NCBI GenBank assembly: GCA_037381445.1
Contig: JARRQT010000073.1
Location: forward strand, 1 to 25,779
Length of the DNA: 25,779 nt
Reading direction: 5' to 3'
DNA from: Calditrichia bacterium
Lineage (GTDB): Bacteria; Calditrichota; Calditrichia; RBG-13-44-9
Shown here: positions 1 through 9,000 of the stretch, piece by piece
Numbering within the stretch: position 1 is the first letter of the stretch
Layout of the letters: every line of letters starts with the position of its first letter
Translations under genes and position numbers: made by a program
Notes under the pieces: generated by a model
The model's input: the letters and a program-made list of their open reading frames with translations, nothing else
What the model was told of the DNA's origin: nothing
Database searches by the model: none

Positions 1-102
1 ATCCCGGCAAAACGGGGACATTGGAACACCGATTGGCAGAATATTGCATTTTTCTCCTGCAGTGAATCCGTGGACGGTTTTGAAGGTGATAAAGAAAAAT
101 AT
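1..102 (+). pseudogene. Possible internal fragment of a GH94-like glycoside phosphorylase, entering from outside the window and apparently truncated
   Basis: Frame +1 from base 1 reads IPAKRGHWNTDWQNIAFFSCSESVDGFEGDKEKY. This resembles the 'AFFxxSExxDGFxGD(K/R)ExF' segment I recall from GH94 N-terminal regions. The resemblance ends at about base 100, and the frame then runs antisense into the porV-like gene. Confidence 0.4.
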
Positions 103-205
103 CAGGATTTGAATGGGGCTTCTGCCGGTATTCGCCCAAGCTCATTTTATAATGAATTATCTGCGGAAGACATTTACAAAAACTGCCCGGATCCATCATT
201 TCTTT

Positions 206-1237
206 TTAGAAGAAGATCTCCAGGGCGAAACGGTGAACATTGGTCAATCTTCCCCAATCGGCATAGGCGTAATCCAGATGTAGAGGCATGGCAGCGGACA
301 AATAGTAAACGAAACCTGCTCCCAGGGTCAATCCTTTTTCGGTTTCATCTTCATATAAAGCCTGGTAACCGCCGCGGAGAAAGAACCGGTGCCGGAAACC
401 GTATTCCATGCCGAAACTTACATTTTCCGTATTATCATTTGGATGTCTGGCCTCTATTGCTGTGGTTAGCTGGTTCATTTCCCGGTTTAAAATCTCCATC
501 GCCACACCGAAACGGAACAGAAGCGGCAGGTCCCATTTATCGGTTTGAAGATTGGCAAATATATTTTCATTATCGCCGTGCTGCTCGGCACTGAAATCAT
601 AATTCACAAAGATATCTTTTCCCGAATACTGCAGCTTGGGGCCGAAATTTGAGATGTCCATCCCCAGCGTCAGCCAGTTGAAATCTGTCTTAAAAAGGAT
701 GCCGACATCGAAGGCAATCGTGGAAGCCGACATATGCCAGATCTGCTGACGAATATATTTTGCGTTGATTCCCACGCTGAAACGGTCCGTCAATGCCCGG
801 GCATAGCTTATTCCCATCGCCATATCCATGGCACTGAAATATTCTCCGGTGCCTTCCGGTTCAAATTCCGACCGGACTTTCATGTCAGGCATGGAAAGAG
901 AGGTGAAACTCAGTCCCAGCGTACCCAGGCCGCCCGCTCTTATCACCGCTGCCGCGAAATCAAAATTCATTTCGGCCAGCCAGTTGGTATGAACAAAAGC
1001 GGCCCCGCCGTTAGGTCCGATCCGCGCGAGTCCCGCGGGATTCCAATAAATAGATGAAACATCGTTTGCCGCTGCCACATAGGCACCGCCCATCCCCAAA
1101 GCACGGGCCCCAACCTGGATTTTTAAGAACTGGGCCGCCGTCGTCCCGCTTTTGGTAAGCCCTCCGAAAATACTGCACCAGGCGGGGGATGATGCCAGGA
1201 CAGTTGATATTATGATATAAATGATTGTCTTTCTCAT
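206..1237 (-). CDS. PorV/PorQ (UPF0164)-family outer-membrane beta-barrel protein
   Basis: 343 aa with a signal peptide. It carries the family motif TAAQFLKIQVGARALGMGGAYVAAANDVSSIYWNPAGLA, alternating beta-strand patterns and a C-terminal aromatic residue (HRFALEIFF). Confidence 0.88.
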   Translation of the reverse strand: MRKTIIYIIISTVLASSPAWCSIFGGLTKSGTTAAQFLKIQVGARALGMGGAYVAAANDVSSIYWNPAGLARIGPNGGAAFVHTNWLAEMNFDFAAAVIRAGGLGTLGLSFTSLSMPDMKVRSEFEPEGTGEYFSAMDMAMGISYARALTDRFSVGINAKYIRQQIWHMSASTIAFDVGILFKTDFNWLTLGMDISNFGPKLQYSGKDIFVNYDFSAEQHGDNENIFANLQTDKWDLPLLFRFGVAMEILNREMNQLTTAIEARHPNDNTENVSFGMEYGFRHRFFLRGGYQALYEDETEKGLTLGAGFVYYLSAAMPLHLDYAYADWGRLTNVHRFALEIFF

Positions 1238-1252
1238 CTCAGATCCGCTTCT

Positions 1253-4200
1253 TTATTTTATCAATGCAAATCTTCCGGTTTTCTCTCCGATACCGGGCGC
1301 CTGCAGGTGATAAATGTAGATTCCCGGTGCAATATCAAGGTTATCTTTGGTGGTCAGATCCCAGGGTTCCGATCCATCCAACAGGTCCGAATGGTGCTGC
1401 AGAGTGCGCACATGATCGCCGCTGACTGTAAAAATACGTATGGTGCAGTCTTTGGGCAGGTGTATGAAATAGACACGCCGCTCTCCCCGGCCGGTGGCAA
1501 ATTTTCTGGTCGGTTCCCAGCGCGCGGCCACAACATATGGATTCGGCACCATTGCCACATCATTAAGGTCCGTGTTGGCCTGCTGGCGGTCGACCTTGGC
1601 GGCACGGGTGGTAAACTGATATACGTCGCCGCTGCGGAAAGGTGTTTTAATCTGCACCCGCAGGATGTCCCCATCCGTGGGCAAAACGGGCTGCGCGCCG
1701 CCGTAAGGCTCCAGAAAATTCACCCGCCAGATTTCCCGAGGAATACTTCCATCCCTGATAATAATTCTGACATATTCCGTGGAATCATTTAGCGGAACGG
1801 AAATGGTGCTGTCCCGGGTAGATTTCCTGGGTTCTTCAAACATGAACAGGACTTTTTTATTTTCATAAGTGTCCCATACCGAAAAATTGACGGGAAAACG
1901 CGGGCCAAACCACCAGGTAGTATCCGGATCGCCGAACCGGATTTCATAGCTGGAGGGATAGCCGGGCCGGCGTTGCGGGAATACATATTTGCGGTCCACC
2001 CTCACCGGCAAATTACAATTTCCCTGAAGCCAACCGGAATTTTGCCCATCCCATTCAATTGTATCATTCAGGGCAAATATGCGCATTCCCGAGAAGAGAG
2101 GATTGAAATCCTCTGCACCGATATAGGAAGATTCACTGAAAATGGTGTCCGGCTGCGAGGAATTAGTCATGTTGACCAGGCTGTAACGAATTGTATCCTG
2201 ATGAGTTGTGTCATCGAACTCCAGCCGGTATGTCTGGTTATCCTGCACCTGCAGCGGGTCCAGCACCTCCGTCCACACATTGCCGGTAGCAAAACCACTC
2301 TCGTGACTGATCGAATCTTTCAACCCGCCCGATTGATATCCCGCAACCGGCGCCTGGGGAGTTACCTGCACGGTATTGACATCAAGGGTGACATTCCCGT
2401 TAATATCCTGCACAATTAAGCGGCTGCACTCGGACGGATACATGCTGGAATCAGGATTGCCGCGGTCGTATGAAACCACTGCGTAATAGTAGGTCTTGCC
2501 ATTCATCACATCGGTGTCGGTCCAGGAATGCTGCAGCCCCTTATTATCGCCCATATAAACCTGGATTCCCTGATAGTCCAGCGGAAAGAATCCCTGCACA
2601 TCATCCCGCAGGTCAAACTGCGCAGATGGCTGCAGGAAGGTCTGCTCTCCGAAGGCATTGGTGATAATCCGGGCGTCGATAAAACCGGGATCGGTGCTCC
2701 TGTATACTTTGTAACCTTCGAAATCATACGGCGGCGTGGAAAACGGATCATAACTCTGCTCGGCCCGGTCATCCCAGTAAAGGGTGACCTTTTTATCTCC
2801 GGGAACCGCCCAGACATGGGGTTTATCGGGCGGCCGCGCAAAATTGTAGTTTTCATTATAAATGCGCTGAACGGTCTGCTTATTGCGGCGCAGGTCCGCT
2901 AAATTTTCACCGAAAACAAGACAAACCGAGAATCGTTCTGTTAAACCGGGACGCAGGGGAAAGAGCCCTGATCCGTACAGAAATGCAATATTGCCGTTCT
3001 GAAGCTGTGTATCAAAATGGCTTACAAACACCCGGTTCCACACATCTTGGTCTTTGTAGAAAGCGAAACCCTGCCCGATATAAAACACATCGAAAGCCGT
3101 TAGTCCGATCTGGTCGGATTCATCCTTATCCGTGGCGTCGAAATGGGGCTCACCGGCTGTGGGACGGCCATCGCCCTCTCCAGGGTCACCGGTCCCGGCC
3201 AAACCATCCGCACCCACATCATCTTTCTCAGGGTCCCAATCCAGATCATTATCGATGCCGTCGTCACGGCGCTCATCGATCATCTCATCCACCCGTCCGT
3301 CGCCGTTGTTATCAATACCATCCGCATATTTGAAACCAATATGCAGCAAACTCTCGTCAATAAGGCCGTTTTGGTTATCGTCGATCCCGTTGTCCGGTAT
3401 TTCTCCGATGATCATATTCTGGGTAACCACCGGACTTCCCGCTTCGCCGTCTCCGTCATCGTCGACGCGATTGAAGGGATTTCCCGGACTTTCCAGAAAC
3501 GCGTACCCGCACCATCCGGTGGGCCCCCAACCGCCCTGTCCCAAACCGTTGGTGTCCCAGGAATAGGTGATGTCATTCTGCAGATCAAAGGAAGCATTAT
3601 CGTCATTTGAATCGTATTGCCCTCCGACTCCCACATCGGCATACATACCAAAGATCATCTTCTGATAGTTGGTGGTTCCCTCGTTAGTGATGTCATAATG
3701 CCAGAAAATCAGGTCTTCGGCCTGCACATTGGCCCATTGAAATCCCCTGACCCCAACTTTCAAAGCAAGCCCCCGGCGAGTCAGATCGGTGGAATCCGGG
3801 TAAAAATTCTGGCCGTCATCCAGGTTATCATCCATTACAAAATAGCTTTCCTGATCCGCGTTGGTCCGCTTCCCGAAATAGCCATTCCAGTAACCATTCC
3901 AGCCGGCATCCTTATCCGCCCATTGGTTCGGCCAGGAGTTGGGATCGTCACTCATGGCAATTTTATCCTGCCGCTGATTCACATAACCGGGCCGGGGCTG
4001 CCAGCCGCGTTCCACACCATTCGGAGAGATATCCATTAATTCTCGGTAACCGGCTTCGCACAGGTAGAGCGTATCGCCGCTACTGTTTACCACCTGGGTC
4101 ACCACGATAGGCGTAATGCCATCCATATATGAGTGATTGGTGCCTTTGGGCCACACCCCGGAAGGTTGTCTGCCCCACCAGGCGACTTCACCAAAATTGT

Positions 4201-4351
4201 AGAAAAGTGTTTCCACCAGATTTCCATTATGCTTGCCTTCCTTGCGGTAGGTGCGGTCCCCGCGCATGTCCGGAGGGACGCTGATCTGGGAAAAAACGGA
4301 GATCGTCATTGCAATCAGGATGGCAAAGATGCAGGATTCAAACCATCTCAT
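1253..4351 (-). CDS. Large secreted protein of unknown function: Asp-rich repeats, Fn3-like domain, atypical T9SS-like C-terminal domain
   Basis: 1032 aa with a signal peptide and DGIDNxxDGxxDE repeats. The Fn3-like segment reads PGDKKVTLYWD...FEGYKVYRS...YYYAVVSYD. The C-terminus reads VPNPY...CTIRIFTVSGDHVRTL...WDL...APGIYIYHL...GRFALIK. RBS GAGGA lies upstream. Confidence 0.85.
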   Translation of the reverse strand: MRWFESCIFAILIAMTISVFSQISVPPDMRGDRTYRKEGKHNGNLVETLFYNFGEVAWWGRQPSGVWPKGTNHSYMDGITPIVVTQVVNSSGDTLYLCEAGYRELMDISPNGVERGWQPRPGYVNQRQDKIAMSDDPNSWPNQWADKDAGWNGYWNGYFGKRTNADQESYFVMDDNLDDGQNFYPDSTDLTRRGLALKVGVRGFQWANVQAEDLIFWHYDITNEGTTNYQKMIFGMYADVGVGGQYDSNDDNASFDLQNDITYSWDTNGLGQGGWGPTGWCGYAFLESPGNPFNRVDDDGDGEAGSPVVTQNMIIGEIPDNGIDDNQNGLIDESLLHIGFKYADGIDNNGDGRVDEMIDERRDDGIDNDLDWDPEKDDVGADGLAGTGDPGEGDGRPTAGEPHFDATDKDESDQIGLTAFDVFYIGQGFAFYKDQDVWNRVFVSHFDTQLQNGNIAFLYGSGLFPLRPGLTERFSVCLVFGENLADLRRNKQTVQRIYNENYNFARPPDKPHVWAVPGDKKVTLYWDDRAEQSYDPFSTPPYDFEGYKVYRSTDPGFIDARIITNAFGEQTFLQPSAQFDLRDDVQGFFPLDYQGIQVYMGDNKGLQHSWTDTDVMNGKTYYYAVVSYDRGNPDSSMYPSECSRLIVQDINGNVTLDVNTVQVTPQAPVAGYQSGGLKDSISHESGFATGNVWTEVLDPLQVQDNQTYRLEFDDTTHQDTIRYSLVNMTNSSQPDTIFSESSYIGAEDFNPLFSGMRIFALNDTIEWDGQNSGWLQGNCNLPVRVDRKYVFPQRRPGYPSSYEIRFGDPDTTWWFGPRFPVNFSVWDTYENKKVLFMFEEPRKSTRDSTISVPLNDSTEYVRIIIRDGSIPREIWRVNFLEPYGGAQPVLPTDGDILRVQIKTPFRSGDVYQFTTRAAKVDRQQANTDLNDVAMVPNPYVVAARWEPTRKFATGRGERRVYFIHLPKDCTIRIFTVSGDHVRTLQHHSDLLDGSEPWDLTTKDNLDIAPGIYIYHLQAPGIGEKTGRFALIK
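3105..3470 (-). repeat. Asp/Gly-rich protein repeats (DxxDNDxDGxxDE), probably Ca2+/metal-binding
   Basis: VDDDGDGE, DNGIDDNQNGLIDE, DGIDNNGDGRVDE and DDGIDNDLD occur in tandem within the 1032-aa ORF. Confidence 0.7.
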
Positions 4352-4448
4352 CGAAAAGAGTCCTCTTTAAAGAATTCATTTTGACATTTACTTGTGATCC
4401 TCAGGTCCTGATGTTCGATACACAAAAGCTTTGCGATGCTTTTCTGCT

Positions 4449-7118
4449 TCAGAGGTCAAAATTTATTCCCACAAATATTCTCCGGGGTTCGGAGTAAAAA
4501 TCCGGTCGCTGAAGCCATTCATTCAGTGTGTTGATATGCCCCACCCGGTCGCCCAGGAATTGGCTTACCAGAGAATAACCCGCACGGCCGGTATCGGTAT
4601 AAACATCCATCTCGTTTTTCCGGTCAAAAACATTATATACCTTCAGAAACAGATTAAAGCTGTTGTTCCATAGCATAATCTGGCGGGACACCCGCAGGTC
4701 CACATTGTAGTTGAACGGTTTTCTGCCGCTATTTTCGAATGTAGTCTCCAGGCTCTGAATGGCAGGCGTGTAGGGAAGACCGCTCTGGAAGCGGGCAATA
4801 ATACCCGCCGCAATAACTCTCGGATTGCTGTAGGCTACGGAAAGATTTACGGTGTGGCGCTGGTCCCAATTCAGCGGCACCACCTGAATATTGCTCTCCT
4901 TGGGCGGGACAGACTGTTGATTGTAGAATTGCTGATCCGGATCGGAGGCATTGCCTTCCGCCACCTGGAAGGTGTAATCAAACCCAACTGTCAGATAATC
5001 CTGAGCGGACGGCCGTTTATTGATGGAAAGCGTGATTCCGCGGATGTTGCCATAATCCCGGTTTACATACAGCGCATACTGATCTCCTCCCTCGTAGGTG
5101 GCATAAATTTCGGTGCCCAGCAAATTACGGGCGTCCTTATAATAACCGGTCACATCAATACCAATGAGATTGAGGAGTTCCTGCTGGAATCCCATTTCAT
5201 AAATAATGGTGGTTTGCGGTTTCAGGTCAGCGTTGCCGATGAGCGTTGCCAGAGCACCAGGCGCCACCGCAAAACGCGGATTTTTATAAAGATATTCATA
5301 GGGCGGAATCTGGAAGAAATGACCGTAGGAAGCATGAATCACGCCGCTGGCCGAGATGGGAAAAGCCAGACCGAGCCGGGGACTTAGCTGGTGCTGGGCC
5401 GCCGCCTTTTCATATCCTGACTGGGATCGGATCGCCTGCGGGTCCCGCGGATCAGTGGGAACTTCCCCCCTGGAATTGAAATAGTCATAGCGCAGTCCGG
5501 CATTAATGGTCATATTGTCCAGCTCTATTTTATCCTGTGCATATGCTGCTCCCTCCAGCGCATAATGGGTATGTTTGCCCTGATTAAAAAATGCAAATGT
5601 GCTGAAGACTCCTCCGCCGGGAACACCATTGTAATTGGCTTCGAAATTGTTTTCCTTAAACTGATTGTATTTATATTCCGCGCCCAGCTTTACCTGATGG
5701 ATTTTTGTGACCTGGGAAGTGAGATCAAATTTTGCATTATCTACGGTGGTGGAGCGATTCTGATGCTCCATATTGGTTCCGCCGGTCAGAAAACTGTAGG
5801 CATCCTCCCTGTTCCTCAGAATCAGCGGGTTTGCATAGCGGGGATCGTTGGGATTGCTATAGGCATAGGATTTGAAATCATAATTATAATGGGACAATTT
5901 AACCGTGTAAAAAGTTTTTGATGAAAGGGCATGGTTCCAGTCCAGAATATTTGTGATACCGTATTCATGATCGGTGTTGTCTCCGTCCGGATTGTATTTA
6001 TAGAGGTGATCGTAAGTCCTGCGCTTAAATTGATTCCCCAGGAGATTATAGTTCAGTTTAATGGTGGAGGATAATTTAAAGACCAGTTTTACATTTCCGT
6101 AATATTCGGAGTTATAGTTCATGGAGACGGGCTGATAATCACCGGTTTGCACAATTTTTATCGGATTGGCGCTGTAATCGGAAGAATCCTTCGGATTGAA
6201 GCGGCGCTGGCCGTACATCCAGCCATCGTTATAAAATCGCCTGAATGATACATAATAGGCCACTTTGTTGCGGAGCAAAGGCAGCGGGCCGGTAAAATAA
6301 AACTGGTAGTTATAGATGTCGGTCGGATTTCGATTATCAATGTTGTAAAAGAGATCGCTGTGTGAGCTGATGTAATCCCCCGAATAAACTGAGCCGCCCA
6401 ATTGAAAATGCTCTTCCGGATCTTTGGTGACCACTTCCACGATACCTGACATCACCTGCCCGTATTCGGCATTGAAGGTACCGCTGATCACTTTTAATTC
6501 CTGAATGGCACTCTGATCCACACTGACGGCGGCCTTTCCGGTATAGGGATCGGTTACGGAAACCCCATCCACCAGGTAGGCGATTTCACTGGAGCGGCCA
6601 CCGCGGATATGGAACTCTCCGTCCTTATCGACCACCACCCCGGCCTGCAGACCCAGGATATCATCCACACTTTCCACCGGCATGCCCTTGATTTCATCAG
6701 CGGATACCGATGAGGCAGTGGCCGTCATATCTTTCTGAATCAGTGGACGACTGGCTTCCACGGTTATGGTTTCGCCCAGTTCCAGGGAGGTCGGATTCAG
6801 CTTGAAATTGATATGGGTGGTCTGGTCCACCGAAACAGTCACATTGGTAATCCGCACCTCCTGGTAGCTCAGCATGGAACCGGTCACCGTATATGTTCCC
6901 GGAGGAACATTAATAATAAGATAGTCTCCGTCCATATCGGAAGCCGCTCCCAGCGTGGTCCCCTCTATCACAATATTGGCGCCGGGTAAGGCATCTCCCG
7001 TTGTGGCATCGGAAATGTGACCCACAATTTTCCCGGTCTGCCCGGCCCGGCTGAATTGGAGGAAGACCAGCAAAAAGATTAATTCCCAAACAATGCAAAG
7101 CGTTCTGGAAACTTTCAT
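4449..7118 (-). CDS. TonB-dependent receptor with N-terminal carboxypeptidase-regulatory-like domain
   Basis: 889 aa with a signal peptide. The N-domain reads GKIVGHISDATTGDALPGANIVIEGT and a TonB-box-like ETITVEA follows. Plug motifs are FHIRGGRSSEIAYLVDGV and ISGTFNAEYG. Barrel motifs are NAGLRYDYF, LSPRLGLAF, GNADLKP, VYNVFD and PRRIFVGINFDL. Confidence 0.93.
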   Translation of the reverse strand: MKVSRTLCIVWELIFLLVFLQFSRAGQTGKIVGHISDATTGDALPGANIVIEGTTLGAASDMDGDYLIINVPPGTYTVTGSMLSYQEVRITNVTVSVDQTTHINFKLNPTSLELGETITVEASRPLIQKDMTATASSVSADEIKGMPVESVDDILGLQAGVVVDKDGEFHIRGGRSSEIAYLVDGVSVTDPYTGKAAVSVDQSAIQELKVISGTFNAEYGQVMSGIVEVVTKDPEEHFQLGGSVYSGDYISSHSDLFYNIDNRNPTDIYNYQFYFTGPLPLLRNKVAYYVSFRRFYNDGWMYGQRRFNPKDSSDYSANPIKIVQTGDYQPVSMNYNSEYYGNVKLVFKLSSTIKLNYNLLGNQFKRRTYDHLYKYNPDGDNTDHEYGITNILDWNHALSSKTFYTVKLSHYNYDFKSYAYSNPNDPRYANPLILRNREDAYSFLTGGTNMEHQNRSTTVDNAKFDLTSQVTKIHQVKLGAEYKYNQFKENNFEANYNGVPGGGVFSTFAFFNQGKHTHYALEGAAYAQDKIELDNMTINAGLRYDYFNSRGEVPTDPRDPQAIRSQSGYEKAAAQHQLSPRLGLAFPISASGVIHASYGHFFQIPPYEYLYKNPRFAVAPGALATLIGNADLKPQTTIIYEMGFQQELLNLIGIDVTGYYKDARNLLGTEIYATYEGGDQYALYVNRDYGNIRGITLSINKRPSAQDYLTVGFDYTFQVAEGNASDPDQQFYNQQSVPPKESNIQVVPLNWDQRHTVNLSVAYSNPRVIAAGIIARFQSGLPYTPAIQSLETTFENSGRKPFNYNVDLRVSRQIMLWNNSFNLFLKVYNVFDRKNEMDVYTDTGRAGYSLVSQFLGDRVGHINTLNEWLQRPDFYSEPRRIFVGINFDL

Positions 7119-7153
7119 TGCTCTGTCTTCTTTTTTTAAATTCCGGAATAAGC

Positions 7154-7187
7154 ACCGGGGAATATCTTTTGAATAATATCCCCCGGT
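7154..7187 (-). terminator. Intergenic stem-loop (partial terminator or mRNA-stabilising hairpin)
   Basis: The minus-strand arms ACCGGGGGAUAU / AUAUUCCCCGGU form a 12-bp stem with one G-U pair, 12 nt after the upstream stop codon. Only a weak U tract (GCUUAUU) follows. Confidence 0.55.
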
Positions 7188-7198
7188 TCCAATTGAAA

Positions 7199-8962
7199 CT
7201 ATTTAAGAAGCATCATTTTCTTAATCTGGGTGAACTCAGGTGACGACATTTTGTAGAAATAAACGCCGCTTGCCACCCGGCTTCCTGCATTATCGGTTCC
7301 GTTCCATATCAGGGTATGCGCACCTGCATTTTGTTTACCTTCGAAAAGCGTGGCCACTTTCTTTCCAAGAATATTATATACTTCTACAGTAAGCGTAGTG
7401 GTCACCGGCAGATTGTATCTGATGTGTGTGGCAGGATTAAAGGGATTGGGGTAATTTTGCTCCAGAGAGAAGCTATTAATCATAGCGGCAGGCTTATCAT
7501 TGATTCCGGATGCCTGGGGTGATAACACAACATCGCGGTACATAAAATATTTTTCAAAAGTCGGATCGACCCACTGCGCCCCCCACCAGTTGGGCGCATA
7601 ATCCGATAAATCCTGACTGAAAACATCCGCGGATGAATAGTCAAGATCCCATATGACGACGCTCAATTTTACAGTATCTCCCTCGCTGTAACCAAATAAA
7701 TCCGTATGAACGACAACTTCGCCGGAATACCCGTGGTCGGGACCATTAGATTCTGTATGAGTCATCGTGCCTTCCGGCTCATACGAAGCACCCTCAGCCC
7801 CACCGGTGGGAACACTGGCACTCAACTGGAATTCCGCAGGACTCCCGACCGTATTTCCAAAATACATCAACTTAACTTCCATTCTGTCTCCGGACCCGGG
7901 AATAACATCTTTAAATGTCATCCACAAAAACAGCCCGTCCGCCTCCCAGCCCGGCGACCATTCACAAACGGAAGAATCATTGGATTCAAAACCGACATAA
8001 AGATCAGTACCATTGTGCATGAATTTGACATTTGCCATGCTCTGGTCGGTATACTCATTGTTCGCGTTTCCCCATTGCATATAGTACCCGCCGGTCGAAG
8101 TGCTCGATCCCTTACCAACCGTCACAGATTCTGCCCCGGTCCAGAATCCTTCATTCAATTGACCATCCAGAGCAATTGACTCAGTCGTTTTATAGGCTGT
8201 TCTTAAAGCGGGATCGGCCAGTCTTAAAATTCTTGTATCCGGTCCCCATTCACTTCCCCACCAGCTCTTATAATAGGCGCCTTTTGTACCGTAGGGGTCC
8301 ATATTATCCATGTAGCCATCGGGATCAAATATGTTGATCAGAACCGGAATATCCGTATCGGCGGATGTATAACCAAGCTGATCCAGGTGAATCACCATTT
8401 CTGCGGTATACCCGGAATCCGCCGCCGTGGTATCGTTTGCTATGGTGGAAGGATGCTTCCAGGCTGCACCCGCGCCTGATCCGGGATAGAGTCCAGGCTG
8501 TTCAAAGGCGATGTCGGGATCGGTTCCTCCCAGGTTGAAATAGAGCTTATATTCCACCTGCGTTCCGCCGGCATCGGCAATTTTCATAAACAGGCCGTCG
8601 CCTTCCCAGCTTGTCCCGAATTTTCCTACCGATTCATCGTCGGACTGCAGAGAGATATACAGGTCCAATCCGTAGTGAAGGATTCTGACATAGGTTGTGG
8701 TGGTATCCGTATAGGTTCCTTGCACCAGTACATTGCCGGTGACATCGTATTCCACATCTCCCGGTTTAAAATTATCCCTGAAAACAAGCATATCATAACG
8801 CCGTGCCCAATCCGTTTCGTCCAGCACACCATCCACCGTAATTGGATTTTCGGCGGATGTAATTTGTAAATAGGGCGGATCAACATGTCCCTGTCCGCTG
8901 ACATTTCCGGCAAATGCCAGAAACAACACGAGAACTGCTACTACAGTAAACAGTGATTTCAT
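7199..8962 (-). CDS. Secreted protein with two tandem CBM9/DOMON-like sugar-binding domains and a T9SS type A C-terminal sorting domain
   Basis: The likely start is ATG 8962 (MKSLFTVV), behind AAGGAG. Two repeats begin ITVDGVLDETDW and IALDGQLNEGFW. The CTD reads FSLEQNYPNPFNP...VASGVYFYKM...KKMMLLK. Confidence 0.8.
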   Translation of the reverse strand: MKSLFTVVAVLVLFLAFAGNVSGQGHVDPPYLQITSAENPITVDGVLDETDWARRYDMLVFRDNFKPGDVEYDVTGNVLVQGTYTDTTTTYVRILHYGLDLYISLQSDDESVGKFGTSWEGDGLFMKIADAGGTQVEYKLYFNLGGTDPDIAFEQPGLYPGSGAGAAWKHPSTIANDTTAADSGYTAEMVIHLDQLGYTSADTDIPVLINIFDPDGYMDNMDPYGTKGAYYKSWWGSEWGPDTRILRLADPALRTAYKTTESIALDGQLNEGFWTGAESVTVGKGSSTSTGGYYMQWGNANNEYTDQSMANVKFMHNGTDLYVGFESNDSSVCEWSPGWEADGLFLWMTFKDVIPGSGDRMEVKLMYFGNTVGSPAEFQLSASVPTGGAEGASYEPEGTMTHTESNGPDHGYSGEVVVHTDLFGYSEGDTVKLSVVIWDLDYSSADVFSQDLSDYAPNWWGAQWVDPTFEKYFMYRDVVLSPQASGINDKPAAMINSFSLEQNYPNPFNPATHIRYNLPVTTTLTVEVYNILGKKVATLFEGKQNAGAHTLIWNGTDNAGSRVASGVYFYKMSSPEFTQIKKMMLLK

Positions 8963-9000
8963 GATACACTCCTTTTGTTGGTTAAACATCAAAGGTATAA

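Noticed and set aside
70..594. 174-aa plus-strand ORF as an intact gene
   Set aside because: Most of it overlaps the porV-like gene in antisense. Only the first ~100 nt of this frame look protein-like, and that part is reported as a fragment.
4449..7118. Calling the receptor SusC and the next gene SusD
   Set aside because: I saw no SusC/RagA signature, and the downstream protein has no lipobox or SusD-like features and ends in a CTD.
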